Program-made: the position numbers and the translations under genes | IMG/VR virus record: IMGVR_UViG_3300044624_002142 | Location: 70,429 to 134,428 of that record | Source of the DNA: a virus | Direction: 5' to 3' (one strand) | DNA length: 64,000 bases | The notes under the pieces: model-generated | What the model was told of the DNA's origin: nothing | Databases searched by the model: none | Seen by the model: only the letters and a program-made list of their open reading frames with translations | Shown here: positions 20,341 to 30,417 of the stretch, piece by piece | How positions within the stretch are numbered: position 1 is the first letter of the stretch | Layout: each line of letters starts with the position of its first letter

Positions 20341-21129
20341 ATGCTCGGTGATTTTACATTTATAATTCATGGAAATTATGATGAAACGCACATTCCTATG
20401 TGTGCCGAATTAAAACGATTTGGTAAAGTCATATTATCGACCAATAAAAAATATATGGACCATGTTTCACAACATGCAAATCATTATGATAAAATAATAT
20501 GTGAATCGGATATAGATGTTACCAATATATACAATCATCAGAATATCTATCTTCATATCAACTCAGTATTAAATGGATTGCGTCAGTGTGATACTCAATA
20601 TGTTGTAAAAGTTAGAACAAATCATTGTTATTCAAATATTCAATATCTTGTAAATAAAGTAAGATCAAATATAAATGATAAATATTTGTGTAGTAATATT
20701 GCTGTAAATCCAGAATTTCCATATCATCCATGTGATAATATTATTGCTGGAACTAAAGAATTGGTTTTTTCTATATACAAAACAGCTTATAGTAGTATAT
20801 TAGCTGAAGATTTTATATATCAAGACAATGATATACGAATGTGTGCTGAAGTTTTATTGTTCATTTCATATCTTAAATATAAAAACATTAAAATAAATAA
20901 AATCAATGGAAACTCATATTTTTATGTTGATGGTATAAGAAATGGTATGGTAATTCATGGTTACATTAGTGATCAATACAGATCTATAATGAAAGAAAAT
21001 TTAGAATTAATTGACGTTGAGAATTTAGCACCATATGTTATAAATTTTAATAGTCATACATTTGATGTTATTTTTAGAAATATTAAAAATGTGGATGAAC
21101 TATTAAGTAAAACAAATTTGAACTTTTAA
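20341..21129 (+). CDS. WavE-like protein (copy 2, paralog of 13743-14642)
   Basis: DFTFIIHG, IYNHQNIY, YVVKVR, PYHPCD, DFIY...D.RMC.EVLLF.SYLK.KNIK shared with copy 1. Confidence 0.55.
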   Translation: MLGDFTFIIHGNYDETHIPMCAELKRFGKVILSTNKKYMDHVSQHANHYDKIICESDIDVTNIYNHQNIYLHINSVLNGLRQCDTQYVVKVRTNHCYSNIQYLVNKVRSNINDKYLCSNIAVNPEFPYHPCDNIIAGTKELVFSIYKTAYSSILAEDFIYQDNDIRMCAEVLLFISYLKYKNIKINKINGNSYFYVDGIRNGMVIHGYISDQYRSIMKENLELIDVENLAPYVINFNSHTFDVIFRNIKNVDELLSKTNLNF

Positions 21130-21145
21130 GTAAAACGAATTGTGT

Positions 21146-21607
21146 ATGAAATACATCTCTCATAGAGGCAATCTAAGTGGTCCAAATTCAGACAAAGAAA
21201 ATCATCCCGATTATATTAAAAAAGCATTAAAATTGGATTATGATGTTGAAATTGACGTGTGGTATACTGATGAAAAGTGGTATTTGGGACACGATAGTCC
21301 AACGTATCAAGTAAAATATGATTTTCTAACAGATCGAAGATTTTGGTTACATGCCAAAAATGGTGATGCATTTAATTTGTTGGTACAAGACTATACAGTA
21401 AATGTATTTTGGCATACCACTGAAGATTGGGTTTTAACCAGCAAGAGATTTATATGGACGTATCCTGGCAAGCAATTATATCCTGAAAGTGTGTGTGTTT
21501 TGCCAGAACACTCATGGGTGGGAGATCTTACAAAATGCCACGCAGTATGTACTGACTTTGTAAAAGAATTTCCAGAACAGTTTGAGGAAGAATACTGGAT
21601 AAATTAA
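21146..21607 (+). CDS. GDPD/PLC-like phosphodiesterase-fold protein
   Basis: ISHRGN, EN, DVEIDVW, LGHD, WLHAKN, VCTD. Confidence 0.7.
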   Translation: MKYISHRGNLSGPNSDKENHPDYIKKALKLDYDVEIDVWYTDEKWYLGHDSPTYQVKYDFLTDRRFWLHAKNGDAFNLLVQDYTVNVFWHTTEDWVLTSKRFIWTYPGKQLYPESVCVLPEHSWVGDLTKCHAVCTDFVKEFPEQFEEEYWIN

Positions 21608-21608
21608 G

Positions 21609-21637
21609 TGGACAAATCAAGGTAGGTAGAATATAGT
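21609..21637 (+). promoter_or_regulatory. sigma70-like promoter (TGGACA-17-TATAGT) for clamp/clamp loader
   Basis: Consensus-like hexamers followed by GAGGA RBS-like sequence and ATG 21659. Confidence 0.5.
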
Positions 21638-21658
21638 GTGAGGAACAATTAAAAAGTT

Positions 21659-22402
21659 ATGACAAAGACAAATCTACAAAAATTCATTAACAAATACTCT
21701 CTTAATGGAGAGGTACCATCAGTCAAGTGGAACGTTTCCGCTAAAAACAAGCAACTCAGTTTGAGTGCTATTACTAACGATAAGAGTTTGATTTATGACG
21801 TTACTTGGAAGAACGTTGAAGAATTGAACGCCGAATATGAGATCGGTGTTTATGACACTGACAAGTTGCAGAAGATGTTGAAGGCTCTAGGTGAAGAAAT
21901 TACCATGACCGTCAATGAAACTGATGGACGGGTTACATCTCTTTCATTCTCCGATGGAACATCTGAAATTCAGTTTATGACCGCTGAATTGACAGTAATT
22001 CCCAAGTCTTCTCGTCTCAAGTCTACACCTCCATATCATTTTGAAATTGATCTTACAGAGGAATTTATCGCTAAGTATCGTAGTGCGAAGGATGCTCTTT
22101 CTGAAGAGAGTAAGTTTACATTGTTGATGAACAAGAAGAGTAAGAAGGTTCAGTTGGTTCTTGGCTATGCTTCAATCAATAGTAACCGTGTTACTTTGGA
22201 TGTTCCTATCAAGGATGGAACAGCTAAGTTGGAAAAGCCTTTGAATTTCAACGCTGATTTCTTCAAGTCGGTGTTGGATGCAAACAACGAGTGTGAAAAT
22301 GCTGTGTTGAAGGTGTCTGAAGCCGGATTGGCGTCAGTTGAATTTAATACTGATACATTTTCTGCTACGTATCACTTTGGTCCGGTCCAACCTAACGAAT
22401 AA
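21659..22402 (+). CDS. DNA sliding clamp (T4 gp45-like)
   Basis: About 250 aa, EIGVYDTDKLQKML motif, adjacent to clamp loader and near polB. Confidence 0.65.
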   Translation: MTKTNLQKFINKYSLNGEVPSVKWNVSAKNKQLSLSAITNDKSLIYDVTWKNVEELNAEYEIGVYDTDKLQKMLKALGEEITMTVNETDGRVTSLSFSDGTSEIQFMTAELTVIPKSSRLKSTPPYHFEIDLTEEFIAKYRSAKDALSEESKFTLLMNKKSKKVQLVLGYASINSNRVTLDVPIKDGTAKLEKPLNFNADFFKSVLDANNECENAVLKVSEAGLASVEFNTDTFSATYHFGPVQPNE

Positions 22403-22407
22403 TTCAT

Positions 22408-23376
22408 ATGGATGCCTTTTTTGAAGAGGTGAGTCATACCGACGATAAGAAGGTTCATAGTTTGTGGGTTGAAAAGTATCGACCCACAATTATTGAAGAT
22501 TATATCGGAAATGAAAACATCATAACCACAATTAAGAGTTATATTGACCAGCAGAACATTCCACATTTGATGTTGTATGGCGGTGCTGGTACTGGAAAGA
22601 CAACGTTGGCTAAACTGTTGACTAAACAGATCAACTGTGATGTATTGTATATCAACGCATCTGATGAAAATAAGGTTGAGAATGTTCGAACCAAGATTAA
22701 GAGTTTTGCATCATGTGTGGGTATCAAACCGCTGAAGATTATTATTCTGGACGAGTGTGATTATATGTCACCAGAGGCACAAGCGGCTCTTCGTAACCTT
22801 ATGGAGACGTTTAGTATGTCTACGAGGTTTATTCTGACATGTAACTATCATGAGAAGATGATTCTTCCCATTGTATCACGTTGTATGACCTTTGAGATTG
22901 CTCCGATGACTAAGGTTTCGGTTGCGGTACATTTGACTAAGATTCTTAAGTCAGAAAACGTTGAATATCAGAATGATGATTTGGCGTATATCGTAAACAC
23001 ATATTATCCGGATATTCGTAAGATTATTAATGTGGCACAACAATCTACTTTTGAAGGTAAGTTGAAGGTTAATAAGGATTCTTCGTTGAAAACTGACACA
23101 CATCAAAAGTTGGTGGACATGATTAAGAATGGTATTGGTAAGCCAAATGCCTTTAATGATATTCGACAATTTGTTGTGGATCAGCGTATCAAAGTGTATG
23201 ATGATTATTTCTCAGTGTTGTATCAGAAGGTTGATGATTATGCTAATGGTAAGCAGGCAATAGCTACGATTATTATCTCTGAGTATATGTATCAATGTAG
23301 TTTGTTGATTCCTCCATTGAAAGAAATTGCTTTGATGGCATGTATTAGTAAACTTTTAACAGATTTGAGAAAATGA
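22408..23376 (+). CDS. Clamp loader AAA+ subunit (RFC small/gp44-like)
   Basis: LWVEKYRP, GAGTGKTT, INASDE, ILDECD, SRC motif. Confidence 0.95.
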   Translation: MDAFFEEVSHTDDKKVHSLWVEKYRPTIIEDYIGNENIITTIKSYIDQQNIPHLMLYGGAGTGKTTLAKLLTKQINCDVLYINASDENKVENVRTKIKSFASCVGIKPLKIIILDECDYMSPEAQAALRNLMETFSMSTRFILTCNYHEKMILPIVSRCMTFEIAPMTKVSVAVHLTKILKSENVEYQNDDLAYIVNTYYPDIRKIINVAQQSTFEGKLKVNKDSSLKTDTHQKLVDMIKNGIGKPNAFNDIRQFVVDQRIKVYDDYFSVLYQKVDDYANGKQAIATIIISEYMYQCSLLIPPLKEIALMACISKLLTDLRK

Positions 23377-23561
23377 AACTAACAGAAAAAATCTCAAATA
23401 AATTTAGAAAACGTTTATGGTATAACCGTTTGGAAACGGGCTTCAATAAACGTGAGTTTATTATTTATTGCAATTATTATCCTTACACCGAGGATGGTGT
23501 CGTGTATGATTTTGCTAAAAAAAATAAAATTAAAATAATTATACGTCCAATTGGAACGTAA
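23373..23561 (+). CDS. Hypothetical protein
   Basis: ATGA overlap with clamp loader. Confidence 0.45.
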   Translation: MKLTEKISNKFRKRLWYNRLETGFNKREFIIYCNYYPYTEDGVVYDFAKKNKIKIIIRPIGT

Positions 23562-23585
23562 TATATATATATATTCACATAAATT

Positions 23586-23957
23586 ATGGTAAAAATAAGT
23601 GTTGATGAAGGTTATGCGTTTGATATTTTGAGTATTTTTCAAGTTAAGATACATAATTGTACAGATCCAATTAAAATTGAAACAAGCAAACGGGGATTTT
23701 CCGTTCTTTATGAAGAACTGAAAGCTCAGTTGGGCCAAGAAAAGTTATCAGAAATCATAAACTCAAGTGAGTATGATGAGTTGTATACAGAAAATCAAAC
23801 AACGTTTGTATTGGTAGATGCAATTCGCGCAAGTGATGAAAACTCTATTGGCAAAGATATTGATTTGAACAATCTACGTCGTTTTGAATGTAAACGTAAA
23901 TTGCATAATAAATTCTTTGATTCTCAAATGTTAGAAACTAAAACAAAATATGAATAA
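23586..23957 (+). CDS. Hypothetical helical protein (DUF6165-like)
   Basis: ISVDEG..FDILSIFQVK...N..RF..K..L...ETK pattern. Confidence 0.55.
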   Translation: MVKISVDEGYAFDILSIFQVKIHNCTDPIKIETSKRGFSVLYEELKAQLGQEKLSEIINSSEYDELYTENQTTFVLVDAIRASDENSIGKDIDLNNLRRFECKRKLHNKFFDSQMLETKTKYE

Positions 23958-24153
23958 ACGTCAAATTTTAAAAGATGTCTGGGATACTTGGGCTACAAAA
24001 GAGTGGTTTAAATATGCTAACTACGAAAATGAACAATCCAACAAAATTGTGATTCAAGCCAGTTATTATCCTACATTGGAAATGGCTCAATTCAGAATGT
24101 TTATGGGTAAGTATACTGATGTTCAATACGAAGTGACATATCCAAAGGGATGA
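23950..24153 (+). CDS. Hypothetical protein
   Basis: Co-directional, overlaps neighbour. Confidence 0.5.
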   Translation: MNKRQILKDVWDTWATKEWFKYANYENEQSNKIVIQASYYPTLEMAQFRMFMGKYTDVQYEVTYPKG

Positions 24154-24160
24154 ATAAATT

Positions 24161-24400
24161 ATGGAAATAGAACTAACCATGAAAGATAAGGTAGTCAACA
24201 AAATCATTATTCAACATGATGATTTGAAGTTTGATGGCAAAACTATTACTATCCCAAGTTATTATGACAGTATTATTTATGATTATCTAAAGTATGTGGA
24301 TACTAAAAATATGAATGATGCAGATAAACAAGATTATCTAGCATTCTGTAAATTTTTTGAAGATGTTATGGATTATAAGTCAGATAAAGTTATTAACTAG
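24161..24400 (+). CDS. Hypothetical protein
   Basis: Co-directional, tight packing. Confidence 0.55.
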   Translation: MEIELTMKDKVVNKIIIQHDDLKFDGKTITIPSYYDSIIYDYLKYVDTKNMNDADKQDYLAFCKFFEDVMDYKSDKVIN

Positions 24401-24403
24401 TTT

Positions 24404-24988
24404 ATGGGAATGTATGATGACATAGTATGTAAATACCCTCTTCCTTTACCAGAAGATACTAAAGGATTTCACCCATGTGGATTTCAAACCAAAGATTTAG
24501 ATAATGCTTTAGATTGTTATGAAATCCGTGAAGATGGCACACTATGGTTGCGTGAATGTGAACGTGAATATACTGAAGGCAATCCGGATGGTAAAACATG
24601 GTCAGAAAAGTTTGGTATTGTAAAAGAAATCAAAGTTTGGTGGACTCATGTAAAAACAACCAGAACCATACGTATCTATGATTATAACAATTATAATGAT
24701 GGACCATATGACTATTGGGTTGAATTTGAAATTGAATTTGTTGACGGCGTTATTAACAAGATTAACCTTGTAAAGTTTGAAGCCACTGATAACGCTAAAA
24801 GAAAAGAAAATGATAGACGATTCATTGAAGAACTTAAAAAGAACAAAGAGTTTGAATCTACTAATTTTTATAAATTACTAATCAAACCATATAACAAAGT
24901 AGTTAGATTTTGGACAAGACAAGTGAGTAAATTTGCCACTCTTTTGTTAAGTGTTTGTTATAAGATTGAAAGAAAACTGGTTATATGA
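24404..24988 (+). CDS. Conserved phage hypothetical protein
   Basis: MGMYD.I.C...FQTKDLD.ALD.Y.I..DG.L pattern. Confidence 0.6.
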   Translation: MGMYDDIVCKYPLPLPEDTKGFHPCGFQTKDLDNALDCYEIREDGTLWLRECEREYTEGNPDGKTWSEKFGIVKEIKVWWTHVKTTRTIRIYDYNNYNDGPYDYWVEFEIEFVDGVINKINLVKFEATDNAKRKENDRRFIEELKKNKEFESTNFYKLLIKPYNKVVRFWTRQVSKFATLLLSVCYKIERKLVI

Positions 24989-27453
24989 ATTTGAAAATGT
25001 TTGATATTTTGCCGGAATATATTCAGTGTATGAACCAGACCGATGGTGTTTGTTATATATACCAGTCGGGTGTTAGTGGCTATGCTAATGCAGCTAAAGG
25101 TTATATCTATGATTTATTAAAAAAAGTAAACGTAGTTACTAAACCGTGCGAATTTGATCAAACTCATGTAATTGAGTCTGGAGAGTTTGAACAAACAATT
25201 AAAACACTTACAAATAACAATGTTGTATATAAAAATATAATTGTTCATTCTACACCGGACATGTGGGATTATTTGATTGATAAGACCGAAGTTAAAATTC
25301 ATAATCGAAATATCATTGGTAGAACTGTTTGGGAGTTTGATCCTCTTATTCCAAATTGGGTAAATGCAATAAACAAAAGCATTGTAAAAATTGTTAGTGT
25401 TCCTACAGAATGGAACAAACAGGTTTTTGAACGTAGCGGAGTTACAAAACCTATTATTGTTGAACCACATATAAATGTTACGTTTCCATATACTAAGGTT
25501 GATTTAAAGAAACTAATTGAAGATAAAGGAGAAGTCCTTTACAATGGAGATTTTTCTCAATTTGATTTACAATCATCATATAAGTTTTATACCATCGGTC
25601 AATATATTACACGTAAAGGAATATCAGAAACAATAAAAGCGTATTGTGAATCGTTCAATCAGACTGATACCGTAATACTGTTTGTTAAAACGTTTGGGTT
25701 TGATTATTCAGAGTTACAGAAAGAGGACTGTAGACGGAAAATTAAAAATATAATTGGAGAATCGAATGTTCCTCCGATTGTTTTTTTGAAAGAAATGTTC
25801 ACTTATGATGAAATACAATCTCTTCATGAACAATGTGATTGTTATGTGCAGTTAACACGATCTGAAGGTGTAGGTTTAGGAATTTTTGAAGCGTACAATA
25901 GAGGAAAAAAAGTTATTGTTACAAACCATGGTGGTCATGTTGAGTTTCTTCCGAATAATTATGAAGGGTTGGTTGATTGTGAATTGGTACCCGTAAAAGA
26001 TAGTATATTTTACAATCTCGATCTCGACAAAACATATCTTTGGGCAAAACCTTCGATTAAACATGCTGTAGAAAAGATTAAAATTATGGCTGACATTAGT
26101 AGTACAGTTAGTCATATGACCAATAATACACCATTTCCACTAATTTTAAATAGTGGATGGTATGATTTAGAATTATATCAAAATGTCCACTTCAGATGGA
26201 TGCATCTGAAATCATCTATTGACGTTATTGATAATAATGATTATGATTCGGTAACACTAGTTTTTGGTAACCATGTAAATCGAAAAACAATAAAATCATA
26301 TGTAGTATCATCTCATGACGAATCAAAAACTCTTGTATCAGAAAAAGTATGTGAAATTGGAGAACAATGTTATATACGTATACCGTTGGTCAATACAAAA
26401 CAAATATTGATTGAGAGTGATTCTTATTACTGTCCGTATGAAAGTGGAAACAGTGAAGATCGTCGAAAATTATCAATCATGATGTTTAAATTTGAATTTG
26501 AAAAAAATAATAATCATTTTATACAATCTATAGAGAGTGTTACTCATATAAAAGACAATTCACATTTTCAAATTACATTTGATAGTCATGTAACAACAAA
26601 TACTAACGCACATTTTGAATATGACAGTGTTATACTACCAAATGTTAGTAGTAGAGTAACAAATGGAATTTTGTTGTATTTACCAAATCTTATTGGAAAA
26701 CACGCCAAAACTTTAGATAATCTAAGTCAATATAAACACTCTATTAACGATTCAAAAATCGTGGTGTATACAGATGGCAGTATAGATGGATTCGATAAAT
26801 ATCCTTTTGAATTTATACAGATTGATCCTTTACCAATAATGTATGACGGGATGATGCCTGTACATTACAAGTATGCTACATGGGCATTTTTTGAAGGAAT
26901 AAAGATCGCTAAGAGCAAAATGTGGGATTATTTTTTTTGTTACGAATGGGATTGTATGATAGGGAAAGACTATTGGTATGACACCTTGTGGCAAGAACAT
27001 TTGAGTTGGCCATATGAACCTATCATGACTGGTACACCTGTATTCAAATGTCCATTAAAAGGTGTTGGTAATTTGTTACAGGGATCAATGGATTATAGAT
27101 ACAAGTATTCCAAAGATTGTGGATTATACATGAATATAGAACATGTAAATCCTACTGCATTATATACAAATGGTGCATTAACTTTTTACAATACAAATAA
27201 TACCGCAAAATATTTTCAACCAGAACTTGAATTTTATGGAGATGTATCATCATATATGAATACAATAACCAGTTGGGACTTGGAAATTGGAATACGATTA
27301 TTCAAAGAATACGGAGAAAAATCGTTTGAAAAGGTTGGTTGGTTGCCATCGTCATACTCTGGATGTGGTGATTATTATTACAACCAAACACAAAGAGAAT
27401 TAATGATCGATACTGGACAAAAAGTAGTAATACACCAATATAAATATTTATGA
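24985..27453 (+). CDS. Multidomain glycosyltransferase (GT4 + beta-sandwich + putative second GT domain)
   Basis: SGYANAA, TVWE, RKG, RSEGVGLGIFEA; central GWY..E..FRW..D.RKL domain; C-terminal YEWD. Confidence 0.75.
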   Translation: MNLKMFDILPEYIQCMNQTDGVCYIYQSGVSGYANAAKGYIYDLLKKVNVVTKPCEFDQTHVIESGEFEQTIKTLTNNNVVYKNIIVHSTPDMWDYLIDKTEVKIHNRNIIGRTVWEFDPLIPNWVNAINKSIVKIVSVPTEWNKQVFERSGVTKPIIVEPHINVTFPYTKVDLKKLIEDKGEVLYNGDFSQFDLQSSYKFYTIGQYITRKGISETIKAYCESFNQTDTVILFVKTFGFDYSELQKEDCRRKIKNIIGESNVPPIVFLKEMFTYDEIQSLHEQCDCYVQLTRSEGVGLGIFEAYNRGKKVIVTNHGGHVEFLPNNYEGLVDCELVPVKDSIFYNLDLDKTYLWAKPSIKHAVEKIKIMADISSTVSHMTNNTPFPLILNSGWYDLELYQNVHFRWMHLKSSIDVIDNNDYDSVTLVFGNHVNRKTIKSYVVSSHDESKTLVSEKVCEIGEQCYIRIPLVNTKQILIESDSYYCPYESGNSEDRRKLSIMMFKFEFEKNNNHFIQSIESVTHIKDNSHFQITFDSHVTTNTNAHFEYDSVILPNVSSRVTNGILLYLPNLIGKHAKTLDNLSQYKHSINDSKIVVYTDGSIDGFDKYPFEFIQIDPLPIMYDGMMPVHYKYATWAFFEGIKIAKSKMWDYFFCYEWDCMIGKDYWYDTLWQEHLSWPYEPIMTGTPVFKCPLKGVGNLLQGSMDYRYKYSKDCGLYMNIEHVNPTALYTNGALTFYNTNNTAKYFQPELEFYGDVSSYMNTITSWDLEIGIRLFKEYGEKSFEKVGWLPSSYSGCGDYYYNQTQRELMIDTGQKVVIHQYKYL

Positions 27454-28136
27454 ACGTATACGCATTTTATGAACCAATTGAGGAAAATTGGGTTAATAAG
27501 ACCGATCAAAAAATTTTGATTGATTTGTGGAAGAAAAGTTGGTCTAGATATGGATGGAATCCTGTTATTATTACATTAGATGATGCAAAAGAACATCCAT
27601 TGTATTACGAGTTCTATAAAAAAATAGAAAGTTTTCCAACAGTGTGTCCTAAAATTTATGACATGTATTGTTTTCTAAGATGGTTGAGTTTCGCAAAATA
27701 TGGTGGATGGATGAGTGCAGTGTCGGTAATGAACTACGGATTTGTACCTGCTAATTTTGAAGATCAAGTTGTAACATCACATGGTTACCCATTTTTGGTT
27801 CCTACTGCTGCAATACATATACCCAAACATAAGATCGAGACTATTATAGATATAATTATGAACTATACTGTTAATGAAAATGATGTTATCCCAGTAGCAG
27901 GTATTGATAAACCACATATATCTGATATGATTATTCTGAATAGAAAGCTGGGTCTTTTAAATTTTATTGATGTAAAACTTGATGTTTCATCGTCTTATAA
28001 ACCAGAAGAAAACTGGCAAAAATCTTCAATTGTTCATTATCCCGTACCAACGCCATATATGTATGGTGATAGAGACAAACACAAAACAAGAACACAAGTC
28101 ATTTTAGAAGACATCCGATGGAAAAACATACCATGA
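27450..28136 (+). CDS. Putative glycosyltransferase-like protein
   Basis: LW..SW...GW.P, CFLRWL...GG pattern; expected DxD appears degenerate (SAVSV). Confidence 0.45.
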   Translation: MNVYAFYEPIEENWVNKTDQKILIDLWKKSWSRYGWNPVIITLDDAKEHPLYYEFYKKIESFPTVCPKIYDMYCFLRWLSFAKYGGWMSAVSVMNYGFVPANFEDQVVTSHGYPFLVPTAAIHIPKHKIETIIDIIMNYTVNENDVIPVAGIDKPHISDMIILNRKLGLLNFIDVKLDVSSSYKPEENWQKSSIVHYPVPTPYMYGDRDKHKTRTQVILEDIRWKNIP

Positions 28137-29218
28137 ATACAAAAATACCACTTTTTTACCCATATATTCCCAAAGAAAAAATCCTCAAAGAAATAGAAGA
28201 TACATTGAATGGTCGGTGGTTGGGACAGGGGCCAAAAGTAAATCAGTTTGAACAAAAATTTAATACTGTGTTTGGTTATAAACACTCACTGATGTTGAAT
28301 TCGGGAACGTCTGCTCTGGAGTTGGCATACCACCTTATAGGAATCAAAGAAGGAGACGAAGTAATTGTTCCTATTTTGGATTGTACTGCTGGACAAATGG
28401 GATTGAAACGTAAAGGTGTAAATATTGTATTCGCTGATATTGATAGTAATCTAAACATCGATCCAGAGGATGTAATTAAAAAAATAACAACTAAGACTAA
28501 GGCAATTGTTGGTGTACATTTGGGTGGTATTCCTTTTAGTTCAAAAATAAACGACATTTGTAAACAATACAATATTCCTTTAATCGTTGATGCAGCGCAA
28601 CATTTTGCTCATTGCGAAGGTGATTATATTTGTTATTCATTTCAAGCCATAAAACATTTTACAACATGTGATGGTGGTATGCTCGTATTGAATGATGAAA
28701 GTACCTACAACCGAGCCAAACTTTTACGATGGTTTGGTATTGATAGAGAGTTGAAGGAAAAGAAAAATTACCAAGCATGGGAACGACGTGAAATGACATT
28801 TGACGTGTATGAAGCTGGATTCAAGTTTCAACCTACCGATATCGATGCGTGTTTTGGTTTGGCAGCAATTGATGATTTGGAAGTTATTATTTCTCATAGA
28901 AAGAAACTAGCAGAACTGTATTTGAAAAGTCTTCCATCACAGTGTAAACCAATTTGTGGAGGAACATATTGGTTGATGGGTATTTTGACAGAAAATCGAG
29001 ATGAACTTGCACAATACTTAACATCAAATGATATTGACAATAATCTTGTTCATTTGCGAAATGACATTTATCACATCTTTGGTGGTACACGGTTAGATTT
29101 ACCAATGATGAACAGTATTGAACCAAACTATTTGTATTTGCCCCTCAACACAAAAGTTACTGAACATGATGTGTTGTTTGTCTGTGATACAATCAGAATA
29201 TTTTTCAAAAAAGTATGA
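28133..29218 (+). CDS. DegT/DnrJ/EryC1/StrS PLP-dependent sugar aminotransferase
   Basis: GPKV..FE, NSGTSAL, VHLGG, DAAQ, SFQAIKH..T.DGG. Confidence 0.93.
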   Translation: MNTKIPLFYPYIPKEKILKEIEDTLNGRWLGQGPKVNQFEQKFNTVFGYKHSLMLNSGTSALELAYHLIGIKEGDEVIVPILDCTAGQMGLKRKGVNIVFADIDSNLNIDPEDVIKKITTKTKAIVGVHLGGIPFSSKINDICKQYNIPLIVDAAQHFAHCEGDYICYSFQAIKHFTTCDGGMLVLNDESTYNRAKLLRWFGIDRELKEKKNYQAWERREMTFDVYEAGFKFQPTDIDACFGLAAIDDLEVIISHRKKLAELYLKSLPSQCKPICGGTYWLMGILTENRDELAQYLTSNDIDNNLVHLRNDIYHIFGGTRLDLPMMNSIEPNYLYLPLNTKVTEHDVLFVCDTIRIFFKKV

Positions 29219-29940
29219 AAATTAATTACGTTGTTGCATTTTACATTACTGATAACTTAAAAAAAGTTGAGAGAAATAATGTATATCATGGATGTGACAA
29301 GTTTTATGCTGTGAAATGTCACATTGATGCACTTAATTGCTTTTACAATCCAGATTTGGTAAAAGCAACATTCGTAGTCAATAAAAGTGATTGTGTAAAA
29401 GTTGGTGAGATTGAGAATTTGTTATCCCAACGTGGTCCTACAAGAGTACCGATAGAAATAAAATACCGAGATAATTGGGGGCTTTCGTATGGAGCTTGGG
29501 AGTATCATATCAGAGAAACAATAAACGAAGATTACGATTACTATTTTTTGACCGAAGATGATTACTGTCTGTCAAACGATAGATTTTATGACGTATTTCA
29601 TAAAAAGTTCACTGATAAAACAGCTATGGTGTGTGGACTTTATAATCAACATCCTGCTGTATCATACGGTTTGTTACCACAAAAAGTTTGTAAAAACGTA
29701 TTGAATCGTTGTGGGGAAATATTCCAGACATATAACAAAAGGTTGGCTGATCCAAGTTATCCATACGATGGGTGGCAAGGATATTATCATATGCATTTTA
29801 TTAATTCTGGGTACGAAATTAAAGATATTACTGATTTGGCCCCGATCATTTATAGACGAGGTCGATATCTTATTACGTTTTCACAATCTAAATTTGATAT
29901 GACTACACCCGGACATTCAAACCTAACACCTTTATTATGA
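29215..29940 (+). CDS. Putative GT-A glycosyltransferase
   Basis: RDNWGLSYGAW, YYFLTEDDY. Confidence 0.5.
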   Translation: MKINYVVAFYITDNLKKVERNNVYHGCDKFYAVKCHIDALNCFYNPDLVKATFVVNKSDCVKVGEIENLLSQRGPTRVPIEIKYRDNWGLSYGAWEYHIRETINEDYDYYFLTEDDYCLSNDRFYDVFHKKFTDKTAMVCGLYNQHPAVSYGLLPQKVCKNVLNRCGEIFQTYNKRLADPSYPYDGWQGYYHMHFINSGYEIKDITDLAPIIYRRGRYLITFSQSKFDMTTPGHSNLTPLL

Positions 29941-30416
29941 TTCAAATTGTTGAATTTACAAGAGATAATATTCCGTTTTTGAATTCAATTAGAAATCAGT
30001 GTGCGGAGGAATATTTGCATGATTCTCGCAAATTTTCTGTTGATGATACATATAAATGGTTTGATAAAACTAAACCTGAATATTATTTGATAACATACAA
30101 TACAACTCCTATAGGATATTTTAGAACATCTAATTATTCTGAAATAAACAAGAATATTTATATAGGAGCCGATTTACATCCTGATTGGAGAGGTAAGGGA
30201 TTGGCATATTTATCTTATAAAGTTTTTATTCCAATGATGTTTGACAAATACTCATTAAATAAAATATCTCTTGAAGTATTATCAACAAACCAAGTTGCTA
30301 AAAATCTTTACAAAAAACTTGGATTTATTTATGAGGGAACAAAACGTGAGGATATATACAAACAAGACAAATATATTGATTCTGAAATTTGGTCGATACT
30401 AAAACGAGAATACTGA
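29937..30416 (+). CDS. GNAT N-acetyltransferase (PseH/RimJ-like)
   Basis: PDWRGKGLA, LEVLSTN..A.NLYKKLGF.YEG. Confidence 0.88.
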   Translation: MIQIVEFTRDNIPFLNSIRNQCAEEYLHDSRKFSVDDTYKWFDKTKPEYYLITYNTTPIGYFRTSNYSEINKNIYIGADLHPDWRGKGLAYLSYKVFIPMMFDKYSLNKISLEVLSTNQVAKNLYKKLGFIYEGTKREDIYKQDKYIDSEIWSILKREY

Positions 30417-30417
30417 T

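Noticed and set aside
23561-23575. (AT)n run, and the AT-only tract at 13690-13727, as an origin or repeat
   Set aside because: Short low-complexity sequence expected in an AT-rich genome; at most a promoter-motif variant
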